Shown: positions 1 to 12,469 of the stretch, in pieces | How positions within the stretch are numbered: position 1 is the stretch's first letter | Layout: each line of letters starts with the position of its first letter | Source of the DNA: Pristiophorus japonicus | Lineage: Eukaryota | Assembly: GCF_044704955.1 (NCBI RefSeq) | Contig: NC_091994.1 | Coordinates: 47,678,001-47,742,000 of the forward strand | DNA: 64,000 bases | Reading direction: 5' to 3' | Program-made: the position numbers and the translations under genes | The notes under the pieces: generated by a model | The model's database searches: none | What the model was told of the DNA's origin: nothing | What the model saw: only the letters and a program-made list of their open reading frames with translations

Positions 1-3000
1 TGGATTTACTCTGGAGCATGCACAATGCTGAGAATGACGTGAATAGCATGTTTAGTGAGTTGGTCTTACCACAGGTAAAGGGTAGACAGCCAGATAGGGA
101 ATTGAAGACCAACAGGAAGAGCAGTGCAGGGAAGGTAATGCAGGGGTCCCCTGCGGTCATCCCCCTGCAAAACAGATGCACTGCTTTGGGTACTGTTGAG
201 GGGGATGACTCATCAGGGGAGAGCAGCAGCAGCCAAGTTCATGGCACCGTGGCTGGCTCTGCTGCACAGGAGGACAGGAAAAAGAGTGGGAGAGCGATAG
301 TGATAGGGGATTCAATTGTAAGGGGAATAGACAGGCGTTTCTGCGGCCGCAACCGAGATTCCAGGATGGTATGTTGCCTCCCTGGTGCAAGAGTCAAGGA
401 TGTCTCGGAGTGGGTGCAGGACATTCTGAAAAGGGAGGGTGAACAGCCAGTTGTCGTAATGCATATAGGTACCAATGATATAGGTAAAAAACGGGATGAG
501 GTCTTACGAGATGAATTTAGGGAGCTAGGAGTTAAATTAAAAAGTAGGACCTCAAAAGTAGTAATCTCAGGATTGCTACCAGTGCCATGTGCTAGTCAGA
601 GTAGGAATTGCAGGATAGCTCAGATGAATATGTGGCTTGAGGAGTGATTAAAATTCCTGGGACATTGGAACCGGTTCTGGGGGAGGTGAGACCAGTACAA
701 ACCGGGCAGGATCGGAACCAATGTCCTAGGGGGAGTGTTTGCTAGTGCTGTTGGGGAGGAGTTAAACTAATATGGCAGGGGGATGGGAATCTATGCAGGG
801 AGACAGAGGGAAATAGAAAGGGGGCAGAAGCAAAAGATAGAAAGGAGAATAGTAAAAGTGGATGGCAGAGAAACCCAAGGCAAAAAGCAAAAAGGGCCAC
901 ATGACAGCAAGATTCTAAAGGGGCAAAGTGTGTCAAAAAGACAAGCCTGAAGGCTCTGTGCCTCAATGCGAGGAGTATTCGGAATAAGGTGGATGAATTA
1001 ACTGCGCAGATAGCAGTTAACGGATACGATGTGATTGGCATCACGGAGACATGGCTCCAGGGTGACCAAGGCTGGGAACTCAACATCCAAGGGTATTCAG
1101 CATTTAGGAAGGATAGACAGAAAGGAAAAGGAGGTGGGGTGGCATTGCTGGTTAAAGTGGAAATCAATGCAATTGTAAGGAGGGACATTAGCCTAGATGA
1201 TGTGGAATCGGTATGGGTGGAGCTGCGGAATTCCAAAGGGCATAAAATGTTACTGGCAATTGTGTATAGACCACCAAATAGTAGTAGTGAGGTTGGGGAC
1301 AGCATCAAACAAGAAATAAGAGATGTGTGCAATAAAGATACAGCAGTAATCATGGGCGACTTTAATCTACATATAGATTGGGCTAACCTAACTGGTAGCG
1401 GTGGAGGAGGATTTCCTGGAGTGTATTAGGGATGGTTTTCAAGACCAATGTCAAGGAATCAAGCAGGCAGCTGGCCATCCTAGACTGGGTGATGTGTAAT
1501 GAGAAGGGATTAATTAGCAATCTTTTTGTGCGAGGCCCTTTGGGGAAAAGTGACCATAATATGGTAGAATTCCTTATTAAGATGGAGAGTGACAAACGTT
1601 AATTCAGAAACTAGGGTCTTGAACTTAAGGAATGGTAACTTCGATGGTATGAGGTGTGAATTGGCTAGAATAGACTGGCAGAGGATACTTAAAGGGTTGA
1701 TGGTGCATAAGCAATGGCAAACATTTAAAGATCACATGGATGAACTTCAGCAATTGTACATCCCTGTCTAGAGTAAAAATAAAACTGGGAAGGTGGCTCA
1801 AGCATGGCTAACAAGGGAAATTAAGGATTTAAGGATAGTGTTAAAACCAAGGAAAAGGCATATAAATTGGCTCGAAAAAGCAACAAACCTGAGGACTGGT
1901 TGAAATTTAGAATTCAACAGAGGAGGACTAATTAAGAAGGGGAAAATAGAATACGAGAGGAAGCTTGCAGGGGACATAAAAACTGACTGCAAAAGCTTCT
2001 ATAAATATGTGAAGAGAAAAAGATTAGTAAAGGCAAACGTAGGTCCCTTGCAGTCGGATTCAGGTGAATTTATAATGGGGAACAAAAAAATGGCAGACCA
2101 ATTGAACCAATACTTCGTTTCTGTCTTCACAAAGGAAGATACAAATAACCTTCTGAATGTACTAGGGGACAGTGGGTCGAGTGAGAATGAGGAACTGAAA
2201 GATATCCTTATTAGGCGGGAAATTGTGTTAGAGAAATTGATAGGATTAAAGGCCGAAAAATCCCCGGGTCCTGATAGTCTGCATCCCAGAGTACTTAAGG
2301 AAGTGGCCATAGAAATAGTGGATGCATTGGTGATCATTTTCCAACAATCTATCGACTCTGGATCAGTTCCTGTGGACTGGAGGGTAGCTAATGTAATGCC
2401 ACTTTTTAAAAAAGGAGGGAGAGAGAAAGCGGATAATTATAGACCAGTTAGCCTGACATGAGTAGTGGGGAAAATGTTGGAATCAATTATTAAAGATGAA
2501 ATAGCAGCCCATTTGGAAAGCAGTGACAGGATCGGACCGAGTCACCATGGATTTATGAAAGGGAAATCATGCTTGACGAATCTTCTGGAATTTTTTGAGG
2601 ATGTAACTAGTAGAGTGGACAAGGGAGAACCAGTGAATGTGGTGTATTTGGACTTTCAAAAGGCTTTTGACAAGGTCCCGCACAAGAGATTGGTGTACAA
2701 AATCAAAGCGCATGGTATTGGGGGTAGAGTACTGGTTGGCAGACAGGAAGCAGAGAGTCGGGATAAACGGGTCCTTTTCAGAATGGCAGGCAGTTACTAG
2801 TGGGGTGCTGCAGGGCTCAGTGCTGGGACCCCAGCTCTTTACAGTATACATTAACAATTTGGATGAAGGAATAGAGTGTAGTATCTCCAAGTTTGAGGAT
2901 GACACTAAACTGGGTGGCGGTGTGAACTGTGAGGAGGATGCTAAGAGGCTGCAGGGTGACTTGGACAGATTAGGTGAATGGGCAAATACATGGCAGATGC

Positions 3001-3823
3001 AGTATAATGTGGATAAATGTGAGGTTATCCATTTTGGGGGCAAAAACACGAAGGCAGAATACTATCTGAATGGCGGCAGACTAGAAAAAGGGGAAGTGCA
3101 ACGAGACCTGGGTGTCACGGTTCATCAGTCACTGAAAGTGGCCATGCAGGTACAGCAGGCGGTAAAGAAGGCAAATGGTATGTTGGCCTTCATAGCTAGG
3201 GGAGTGGAATATAGGAGCAGGGAGGAGCAGTTGTACAGGGCTTGGTGAGGCCTCACCTGGAATATTGTGTTCAGTTTTGGTCTCCTAGTCTGAGGAAGGA
3301 CATTCTTGCGATTGAAGGAGTGCAGCAAAGGTTCACCAGACTGATTCCAGGGATGGCTGGGCTGTCATATGAGGAGAGACTGGATCAACTGGGCCTTTAT
3401 TCACTGGCGTTTGGAAGGATGAGATGGGAGCTCATGGAAACATGTAGGATTGTGACGGGACTGGACTGGTTAGTTGCGGGAAGAATGTTCTCGATGTTGG
3501 GGAAGTCCAGAACCAGGGGACATAGTCTTCGGATAAGTGGTAGGCCATTTATGACTGAGATGAGGAGAAACTTCTTCACTCAGAGAATTGTTGACCTGTG
3601 GAATTCCCTGCCGCAGAGAGTTGTTGATGCCAGTTCATTGGATATATTCAAGAGGGAGTTAGATATGGCCCTTACGGTTAAGAGGATCAAGGGGTATGGA
3701 GAGAAAGCAGGAAAGGAGTACTGAAGGAATGATCAGCCATGATCTTATTGAATGGCGGTGCAGGCTTGAAGGGCCGAATGGCCTACTTCTGCACCTATTT
3801 TCTACATTTCTATGTTTCTATGT
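1..3823 (+). mobile_element. CR1-clade LINE, near full length (5' end outside window), degenerate ORF1 (SGNH esterase) and ORF2 (APE endonuclease + RT)
   Basis: ORF1 has esterase motifs VIGDS and HIGTND. ORF2 fragments show [45 protein letters not shown] and SKFEDDTKL. The element ends in the CR1 3' UTR and a (TTTCTATG)n tail. Multiple stops and frameshifts. Confidence 0.95.
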
Positions 3824-3915
3824 AAGTAGTCCTGTGTTGCAGGATCCCCAGGTTGGCACCTCATTTTTGAGGTGCTGCTCCTGGCACGCTCCTCTACACT
3901 CTGCATTGAACCAGT

Positions 3916-4812
3916 TACATAAAAACATCAGAAATACGAACAGGAGTCGGCCATTTGACCTCTCCGGCCTGCTCCGCCATTTAATAAGATCAAGGCTGAT
4001 CTGATCATGGACTCAGCTCCATTTCCCTGCCCATTCCCCATAACCCTTTATTCCCTTATTGCTCAAAAATCTGTCTATTGCCACCTTAAATATATTCAAT
4101 GACCCAGCCTCCGCTGTTCTCTGGGGCAGAGAATTCCACAAAATTTACAACCATCTGAAAGAAGAAATTCCTCCTCATCTCAGTTTTAAATGGGCGGCCC
4201 CTTATTATAAGGCTATGCCCCCTAGTTTTAGTTTCCCCTATGATTGGAAATATCCTCTTTGCATCCACCTTGTCGAGCTCGCTCATTATCCTACATGTTT
4301 CAATAAGACCACCTCTTATTCTTCTGAACTCCAGTGAGTATAGGCGCAAACTACTCAACTTATCTTCATAAGACAATCCCTCATCCCTGGAATGAACCTA
4401 GTGAAACTTCTCTGAACAGTCTGCAATGCAAGTATATCCTTCCTTAAATACAGAGACCAAAACTGTACACAGTGTTCGAGATGTGGCCTCACCAATACCA
4501 TGTACAGTTGCAGCAGGACATCTCTCTTTTTAAACTTTATTCCCCTTGCAATAAAGGCCAATATTACATTTGCCTTCCTGATTACTTGCTGTATCTGCAT
4601 ACTAACTTTTTGTGTTTCATGCACAAGGACCCCCAGGTCCCTCTGTACTGCAGCACTTTGTAATTTTTCTCCATTTAAATTAGAATTTGCTTTTCTATTT
4701 TTTCTGCTAAAGTGGATAAGCTCACATTTTCCCACATTGTACCCCACCTGCCAAATTTTTGCCCACTCACTTAGCCTGTCTATATCCCTTTGCAGAATTT
4801 GCTTTCCCACCC
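3916..4812 (-). mobile_element. CR1 LINE 3' fragment (second subfamily)
   Basis: Minus-strand ORFs LQRDIDRLSEWAKIWQ, VRPHLEHCVQFWS and LYSLEFRRIRGGLI, plus a CR1 3' UTR. Confidence 0.9.
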
Positions 4813-5044
4813 ATCTTTGTATCCTGGTCCCTGGCTTGAGGGATATACTGGGCCATGATGTTATAGATTGTGGTGGAATACAGTTCTGCTGCTGCTGATG
4901 GCCCACAGCACCTCATGGAAGCCCAGTTTTGAGCTGCAAGATCTGTTCTGTATCTATCCCATTTAGCACGGTGGATTAGTAGTTCACTAACATAACCACT
5001 ATGCTACCGTACTTACAATGGCTTTTGAGTGGGCAATGATTAGA

Positions 5045-5355
5045 TTCTAAAATTTTCATCCTTTCTTTCAAATAACTCTATGGTCTCGCCCCTCCCCACC
5101 TCTGTAACGTCCTCCAGCCCCACGACCCTCCAATATCTCTGCACTCCTCCAATTCTGGCATCATGCACATCGCACCATCATTGGCACCATGCCTTCAGCA
5201 GCCTAGGCTCCAAACTCTGGGATTTCCTTGCTAATACTCTCCACCTCTCTACATCTCTCTCCTCCTTCAAGATACCATTAACACCTACCTTTTGGAGCAA
5301 GCTTAAGGTCACATGTCCTATATCGCTTTATGTGGCTTGCTGTCAGATTTGTATC
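5045..5355 (+). mobile_element. L2 LINE 3' end fragment
   Basis: Pyrimidine-rich L2 3' terminal sequence, closely similar to 5530-5850 and to the reverse complement of the L2 end at 57600-57960. Confidence 0.7.
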
Positions 5356-5375
5356 TGATTACGCTCCTGTTTATA

Positions 5376-5518
5376 GTCTCATCCAAAAGGCAGCAGCTCC
5401 GCAGTACTGCACTGGTGTGTCTCCCTAGTTTTTTGTGCTCAAGTCTCTGGAATGGGACTTGAACGCACAGCCTTCTGACAGAGGTGAGAGTGCTACCCAC
5501 TGAGCCACGGCTGACACT
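5376..5518 (-). mobile_element. tRNA-derived SINE head (Deu/SacSINE1-like)
   Basis: Reverse complement reads GTGGCTCAGTGGGTAGCACTCTC...GTTCAAGTCCC (Pol III A and B boxes). Related to the copy at 42425-42810. Confidence 0.65.
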
Positions 5519-5529
5519 AGTCACTGTTC

Positions 5530-5850
5530 AACCTTCATTGCCTCACGCCTCCCTATCTCTGTAACCTCCTCCAGTCCTACAACCTTCCCCCCCTTCTCTG
5601 AACTCACCGTTCCTGTGTCGAGCATTTTTTGCATTCTGCCCTTCTTTTGTCCCACAATTGGTGGCCGTGCCTTCAGCCGTCTAGGCCTCATGCTTTGGAA
5701 TTCCCACCCGAAACCCTTCTCTCTCTCCATCTCCTTCACTGACTTGAAGACCTTCCTTAAAACCCCCTCTTTGACCAAGTTTTCAGCCACCCCTCCGAAT
5801 ATCGTCTTTGTCTCGGTGTCGTTGTTGTCTGATTACACCTCTGACTTTGC
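5530..5850 (+). mobile_element. L2 LINE 3' end fragment
   Basis: Translates PTIGGRAFSRLGLMLWNSHP...FTDLKTFLKT, the typical L2 ORF2 C-terminus. Confidence 0.75.
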
Positions 5851-5924
5851 AAATTGTAACTCGATCCACTTTGAATTCTTGAAGCGACAGAGGACAGAGC
5901 TCCCCAACAGAAAGCAAGAACCAC

Positions 5925-7150
5925 CCAAAGTGCCTTACCCCAGTCCAAGCAGATGCCTCTCCCAGCCAAAATGCCTGACCCCACCCAGTCCAAATACGTG
6001 CCTCCCCAAGCGAAAGTGTCTTACCTCAGCTCAAGTGCTTACCTCCCGCAGGCAAAGTCACATACCCCAGTCCAATTACTTCCCTCCCCCAGCCAAAATG
6101 CCTTACCACAGTCCAAGTGTATGCCTCCTCCAGCCAAGGTCCCGTACCCTAGCACAATTGCATGACTGCCCCAGCCAAATTGCCTTACCCCAGCACAAAT
6201 GCATGCCTACCCCATCCGAAGTGCCTTACCTCAGTCCAAATGTATGCCTCCCCCAGCGATAATGCCTCACCCCAGTCCATCTACTTCCCTCCCCTAGACA
6301 AAGTGCCTTACCCAGCGGAAGTGCAAACCTGCCCCACAGTGCCTTACCCCAGTCCAAGTACTTCCCTCCCCCAGCCGAAGTGCACGACTCCCCCAGCTGA
6401 AGTGCCTTATCGCAGTCCAAGTACTTCCTTCCCCCAGCCAAAGAGCCTTACCCCAGTCGAATTTCATGCCTCCCCCAGCCGAAGTGCCTTACCCCAGTCC
6501 AAGTGCATGCCTTCCCCAGCCAAAGTGCGTTACCCTGTTCCAAATACTTCCCTCCCCCAGTCAAAGTGCCTTACCCAGTCAAACTACTTCCCTCCCACTG
6601 CCAAAGTGCCTTACCCCAGTCCACGTGCATGCCTCCTCCAGCTAAAGTCTCTAACCCCAGTCCAAGTACATGTTGCCCCAGCCGAAGTGCCTTACATCAG
6701 TCCAACTGCTTCCCTCCCCTAGCCAAAGTGCTTCACCCCAGTCCAAGTGTATGCCTCCCCCAGCCCAAGTGCCTCCCCCCAGTCTGTGTGTGCCTCCACC
6801 AGTGAAAGAGCCTTAACCCAGTCCAAGTGTATGCCTCCCCCAGCTAAAGTGCCTCCCCCCAGTCTGTGTGTGCCTCCACCAGCGAAAGTGCCTCCCCCCA
6901 GTCTGTGTATGCCTCCCCCAGCTGGTGTCTTATCCCACTATAAGTGCATGCCTCCCCACCCGCAAAGTCCCTTACCCCGATCCAAGTGCATACCTCCACC
7001 AGCCAAACTGCCTTACCCCAGTCCAAGTGTATGCCTCCCCTAGTCAAAGTCACGTACCCCAGCGCCAGTGCATGCCTATCCCAGCTGGTGCCTTATCCCA
7101 GTCCAAGTGCATGCCTACCCCAGCCAAAGTGCCTTACCCAAGCACGTGCA
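5925..7150. repeat. C-rich minisatellite, ~41-bp unit made of two related subunits
   Basis: Repeats of AAAGTGCCTTACCCCAGTCCAAGTGCATGCCTCCCCCAGCC, with variants. The period is 41 between AAGTG at 6482 and 6523. This explains the Pro-rich ORFs in all frames. Confidence 0.95.
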
Positions 7151-8308
7151 TCCCCCCCCCCTCCCCCATAGATGGGGCATTGTGTATGGATTGTTAACAG
7201 GTTTATTGGGTATGAAGTGAATAGTAACAGTGTTGTGACTTCTGGGTATCATCCACTCCAACGATGTCCCTTATCGGGGGTTGGAAAAATGTGATCCGTC
7301 TTCCCTGAGCTCCCTCTCTCCTCCCTGATCCCCACCCGCCCGCCTTGCCGCCGCCAGCCGCTCTCCAACAGCCTCTGTCACTCGCAGCCCCAAGGCCCTC
7401 CAACACCCTCAACCCCCACCCCTGGCCGCTGCTCGGGACTCGTGGTTCACTGTTCTCGGGAGGACCGGTCGGCCTAGCTAGTGCCGGGGGGTGGGGACGG
7501 GGGTGAGAGGTCGATGAGGGAAGTGGGAAGCAGCGGAGTCTCGGGGCTCAGCTTGTGCCTCTCGGCACCATGTGGACAGAATGATTTGGGGCCTGGGAGG
7601 GGACGGTGGGTGGAGCTTGACCGAGGCGTGGCTGGACAGATGCCTGTCTGTCAAAGAAAAGTGCAGCACAAATAGTTACCACTCGACTTTACACTTCACA
7701 TCGCCCATCTATGGCCCATATATTGCTCAAAACGGACCTCTATCGCCCATTTTCACCAAAAATTGGAAACTAGGCCCAAAACATCGCTGGAAAAATAGGC
7801 CCCCAAGTTTTGGCTCACTTCGCCAAAATGATCGCCGAACTGATCGCCCACACAAGACCTATCCCAACTGTCGGCATATAGTCGGCACTTTGCTGGGCTG
7901 ATGGAAGGCCAAAAACATCGCTGAGAAATAGCTGCTTTTCCCAGGCTTTACAGAAGGAAATGGGCACTTCGGACGCCATTTTAAAGATTGGTCGAAGGGT
8001 GGAGGCAACAGAAAAAAATGAGCTAAATAGTTGTGAGTTATTTAAAGTTATTTATAGAAAGATCAACTCAGAATATTATATTATGTAATATATATTGAGA
8101 GTAGCTATTGTATAGGCATTTATTTTGTGAAAAGTGGTTTAGTAGATAGTGAAAAGAATTACTGATATTGCTATTTGACTGACTGGTATACAGTATAGAG
8201 AGAGTAGAGAGATTAGTTTAATTTAGTGAAAGTAATTATGGATAGTGATGGGGCCTATGCTTTCTCTGCCATTACTTGTAACTGCTCACACGCTGGTTTC
8301 TGAAAGGA

Positions 8309-9756
8309 TCAAGCGAAGAGATGGCAGAGTAATGCGTAGTCCCCTGCAGCAATGGTAGCTGTGAAATCGCCCGTCACACACTCCATCATGTTCAGGTCGA
8401 CACGGGTTCTTCGGGAGTCTTCCATCATTTCCAGACCGATAATCCTGGGCTCCAAGCTGTGTGCAGAGCCCCGTACAATATTGGAGATGGACTCCTCCAT
8501 GTTCCTTGACATTGCCAATAGTCTCTCTGGCAGGCTAGCCATTGCACCCAGCACTTTGGTCTGCATGTCCATCACCCTTCTGCTGAAGACCGACCCATCA
8601 AGGTCCTTATCTGAGTCTTGTGCAGCAGAACCCGTGTGCGAACTCACTCTCTGGGAAGCTGACCCCGAGTTACCCTTTCACCCCTGGCCTTGCTGCAGCC
8701 CACTTGTGCCCAGTGCCTCACCTGTGCAGATCCCGCTTCTACACAAGCCTCTAAAATATGCGCAGTGCCAGTTTCTGAGCTACTTTCTGTGAGTGACAGA
8801 TGCAGCAGCATCTTCTTCTTCTCCCCCCTCACTCTCGTGCATTGCCTCAGGGTCAGGCTTCTCAGGTGCTTGTTGCTGATTATCTGCAAGCAGAAATGCA
8901 GAAGAGTTGGGTTATGATGAGGGGAGGGGGGGCATGAAGCAGGATACGCATGCATACAGCATCAGCAGCTTGAACATGAGAAGAGATTGTGGGATGAGAG
9001 GGAAGTGGGATGTGAGGAGAATTAGGAATGAGCATACCGTTGATGTCCCCAAGGGGTTCAACCTCGCTGGTTGTCATGGCCTCTATGATCTGCCACCCAA
9101 TGATGTCCAGCACACTCTCCTCCAGCAGGCTGAGGTCATGGTTATCAGCCTGGTTATCTGTCTGCCGCTGCTCCCTCCGATGATGCACAATCTTTGCCTG
9201 CAAGAGAAAGAGAAGTGTGTGAGTGAGTGTGGTGTAATGTGTCTGGGTGATGTGGCTGCCATAGTTGAATAGCTGTCAGTGTGCGCAAGGTGAGAGATGT
9301 GGGTGTGAGTGTTGCAGCAATGGTAAGGTTGTGAGGGTGAAGTGAAGCTCTGATTATGAGGGGTGAGTGGTGATGGGTAGAGATTGTTGGTAGGTGTGTG
9401 CTGAGGGTGTGGTACATTGAGCAGTGTGTGAGGCTTGTGGTGCAGATGGTGGGATATGACATTTGCTGAAGCCTTTACTGACCTTGACCTGTCGTGTGAG
9501 GTTATTAAACTTCTTCCGACATTGGATGGCCAACCTTGGGACCGCAGTGCTGGCCGTGACGTGGACGACTATCTCCTGCCAGAGCTTTTGCGAGGTGTGT
9601 GGCGAGAGCTTCCTGCCAGTGTGGGGGAAGTGGACAGGCCGGCTCCTCTCCACGGCCACGACTAGTGGCTCAAAAACCGCTTCGGAGAAGCTGCGGGCTC
9701 TCCCTGTGCTGAGGCTCCACCATGGGTTTGCACTAACGTCTTCTTCCAGCTGCACA
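8309..9756 (-). pseudogene. Harbinger-associated Myb/SANT-like DNA-binding protein gene relic (exons ~9756-9483, 9197-9038, 8883-~8309)
   Basis: RARSFSEAVFEPLVVAVE...LWQEIVVHVTA...RLAIQCRKKFNNL is a Myb/SANT trihelix signature. The next exon reads AKIVHHRREQRQT...LSLLEESVLDIIG. GT-AG boundaries are present. The 5' end is interrupted by a CR1 fragment. Confidence 0.75.
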
Positions 9757-10040
9757 AGAACATAAGAAATAGGAACAGGAGTAGGCCATACGACCCCTGG
9801 AGCCTGCTCTGCCATTCAATAAGATCATGGGTGATCTGATCATGGACTCAGCTCCACTTCCCCGCCTGCTCCCCATAACCCCGATCGCTCAAGAAACTGT
9901 CTATTTCTGTCTTAAATTTATTCAATGTCCTAGCTTCCACAGCTCTCCGAGGTAGAAAATTCCACAGATTTACAACCTTCAGAGAAGAAATTCCTCCTCA
10001 TCTAGGTTTTAAATGGGCAGCCTCTTAGTTCTAGTCTCCC
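9757..10040 (-). mobile_element. CR1 3' terminal fragment
   Basis: GAACATAAGAAATAGGAACAGGAGTAGGCC tail and 3' UTR match the copy at 3916-4200. Confidence 0.85.
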
Positions 10041-11331
10041 CCAGTTGCAGTTGTGAGGGGCTTGACAATGAGGTGCAGCAGCAGCAGTGCATCTCCCCTT
10101 TAAGTACTGAATAAAGCCTGTGGCAAACATGACTGGGAATGAGACTGGACTCAATATTAGCCCACTTTGAGCGTTAATCCAATGAGCAGCAGTTTTAGTG
10201 TGAAATCAAGACTATGATCATGATAATGAGGACTGAGCACGAATTTTGCGTGCTACCGCGACCATTTTGACCTGGTGCAGCTTAACATCGTTGGGCCAGG
10301 ACACTGTCCGTTTCGTGGCCGTGTCCAATTTTTAGGCCATTATCCCTTTAAACAGCGAGGTGTCTCACAGTTACTGAAAGGAACATGTCAGATGGAACAG
10401 TAACCAAGATATTTGTGTAATGTGGGTATAAACTACAGACCGAGAGGGCTGGTCTGTTCTGGACAGTTCCTCTCCTTAAAATAACAGAGCACAGTTCCTG
10501 CCCGGACCCCAGGTTTGTGTCAGTCTCACTCCCACCTGGGGCAGCTGGTTTGGGCGGCATCAAACCTCCTTCAAATACTGGAAGCTGATTCGCCGAAGCC
10601 ACCAGTTTAGTTTCAACCAATCCCCTTTGGTATTTAAATGAGGTGCAAATGGCTCTCAATGTCCTGATTCTGTGAAAATAGCAGAGACTCAGAAAATAGA
10701 TTGTATTTAGCAGTTAGTAGAATGGAGTTAATAGTCTTACTGGTCAGGTACTGGTTGACAGCAGGTTAGAATATGATAGTCAGCTGGCTGGCAAGTTAGT
10801 ATTTCGGTAACAAGTTATAACTTTAGCTCCTTCCCTGTTAAGCATGTTCACTCACTGTTGGAGCACTGGTAACACACACACAGCAAAATTGTCTAAACAC
10901 TAACTGAGGGGGTTCACCGACAGATTGAGTCAGGACTCTGTGTGGGAGTCACACAGTAAGTGTCCCAGGGTGAGGAGCTTGCTGTATGGAGAATGTTTCA
11001 GATGGTTTCTCTGGGAGGGAGCTGCCAGTAACGTGCGCTGTATCAGTGTGTGGTGTAGAAAGTGTCCCAGTCCTCCAGCTTTATAAGGTGTCTGTATTAA
11101 TGAGAGAGCCACAAGCTGAGAGTACTGCATCAGACTGTGGTATGGCGGAGAGTTCTTGTTATTGGAGGAATAATCTGCAATTTAAACTCCAGCCCAGGAC
11201 AGAAGAAGCAGAAACTGAGAAATATCAGGCAATAAACGATCTTCTGATTAAGATGTCAGTCAGTTGCTAACAGTGCTGAGGTGTCGCTGCCTCAATCTGA
11301 CGGTCTCTGACGCTGAATGGGCGGGTTTCCG

Positions 11332-11575
11332 ATCCTTGATGGCAATTATGTGAGCTGGCACAAGCTGACACCAGGAGCAGCTCCTCAATGGATCCTCTAT
11401 TACCTTTACTCTCAAAGTGCCCCAACCTATGGTTTGGGGTTTACCAGCCACCGTTTCACATCGAAAGCCAACAGCGGCCACAACATTTACCAGTTAATCA
11501 TAAAGGCCGTGGAGGCGAATGACGCTGCCGTCTATTACTGTTTCAAGTTTGTTTAAGCAAGCAGTACTTTTGTGT
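11332..11575 (+). pseudogene. Immunoglobulin light chain V segment, sigma-type, pseudogene (no recognisable leader/FR1/Cys23; in-frame TAA at 11554-11556)
   Basis: DGNYVSWHKLTPGAAPQWILYYLYSQSAPTYGLGFTSHRFTS...YQLIIKAVEANDAAVYYC. It has the conserved Trp, the long sigma-type CDR2 with YGxGF, and DxAVYYC, and is followed directly by an RSS. Confidence 0.9.
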
Positions 11576-11603
11576 CACAGTGACAGAAGGTAACACAAAC
11601 TGG
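11576..11603 (+). promoter_or_regulatory. 12-RSS of V segment
   Basis: Perfect heptamer CACAGTG (11576-11582), 12-bp spacer ACAGAAGGTAAC, degenerate nonamer ACAAACTGG (5/9 to ACAAAAACC). Confidence 0.85.
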
Positions 11604-11915
11604 GAGCAGCAAATGTTATACACTTAATATCTTTGCATCTGATAAAACATTCTAATAATGTTTTACATTTCATAAAATCACTTAATTTGGGGCTTTTATA
11701 CAATATTTTCCAATTTATCCTATTTCAGAGTTGGTAACATTGAGTCTCACTGCCCAGTATTGGGTGTTGCTGACCTTTAATGTCAGTGTGTGGATGTTGC
11801 TGAGAGTTCATTCCTTCCTGTCCCACACCAGCTGGGACACTCGCAATACATGGAGTCTGATTAATGCTGGCACTGGAGCTTCTGAACGTGTTTTCTGTCT
11901 GATTCCAGGGTCCTG

Positions 11916-11954
11916 GGTAATTGTATGGACTGAATCCTAGAACATCTCACTGTG
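11916..11954 (-). promoter_or_regulatory. 23-RSS of J segment
   Basis: Nonamer GGTAATTGT (11916-11924, 7/9 to GGTTTTTGT), exactly 23-bp spacer, perfect heptamer CACTGTG (11948-11954). Confidence 0.9.
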
Positions 11955-11989
11955 TGTGTTCGGCAAAAGGACCAAGCTCTTTGTAGCAG
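11955..11989 (+). pseudogene. Ig light chain J segment (FGxG motif mutated to FGKR)
   Basis: Translates VFGKRTKLFVA. It is preceded by the 23-RSS and followed by the splice donor G|GTAAGT. Confidence 0.9.
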
Positions 11990-12469
11990 GTAAGTGGCTG
12001 GGAAAATCCCTCCTGCAGGGCCTCGCTGTGTGAGTTTGAACATTTAGACATTCACTAATAATTTTAATGCAGTTATTTCTTGGCACCTACTTGAGACACT
12101 AATTAATTAAATTTAATTAATTAGAGCTGTGCTTCCAGCACTATAAGTGCTGTTTGTCAATTAGTGCTGTGTATTTATCTTTTTCAATTGGAGTTTTGTT
12201 CCATGTGCTATATTATTTCTCTCTCTATCTAATGCTCTGCAGTTTTGTGGCTTTTTCTCAATTAGCGCTGTTGTGTAAAAACCTGAATTACAACCATCTC
12301 ATTTTCAAAATTCTGCATGAATATGAAACTCAATTTTTAAACTTGAATGGAGGGCAGTGCAAGAAAAGGGTAACATTGTATTTTCTAGGTGGATCTGTGC
12401 TGCTTGATATAACAGTGGGTGCATGGGGATGAATTAAACATTTAGTAGAACTTGGCATTTATATCCCAC

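Larger units (their letters stand above)
7650..10338. mobile_element. PIF/Harbinger-like DNA transposon relic (internally deleted)
   Basis: Contains a Myb/SANT gene. CpG-rich subterminal repeats (ATCGCC) on the left and a TIR-like end CCAATTTTTAGGCC at ~10325-10338. The left boundary is uncertain. Confidence 0.6.

Noticed and set aside
742-1353. Long antisense ORFs over CR1 and L2 elements (also 23271-24077, 59100-59447)
   Set aside because: Shadow frames of retrotransposon ORF2.
6335-6341. Isolated CACAGTG heptamers (here and at ~4468)
   Set aside because: They lie inside repeats, with no nonamer or V segment.
5925-7150. CRISPR-like array
   Set aside because: No unique spacers, degenerate tandem units, eukaryotic context and no cas genes.
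5615-7197. Long Pro/Ser-rich ORFs resembling extensin or mucin
   Set aside because: They are translations of the 41-bp minisatellite and an L2 fragment. The period is not a multiple of 3 and several frames are open.
11272-11331. SAEVSLPQS as the missing V framework 1
   Set aside because: It is followed by a stop, is too short and has no Cys23 at the correct spacing. No leader or octamer was found.
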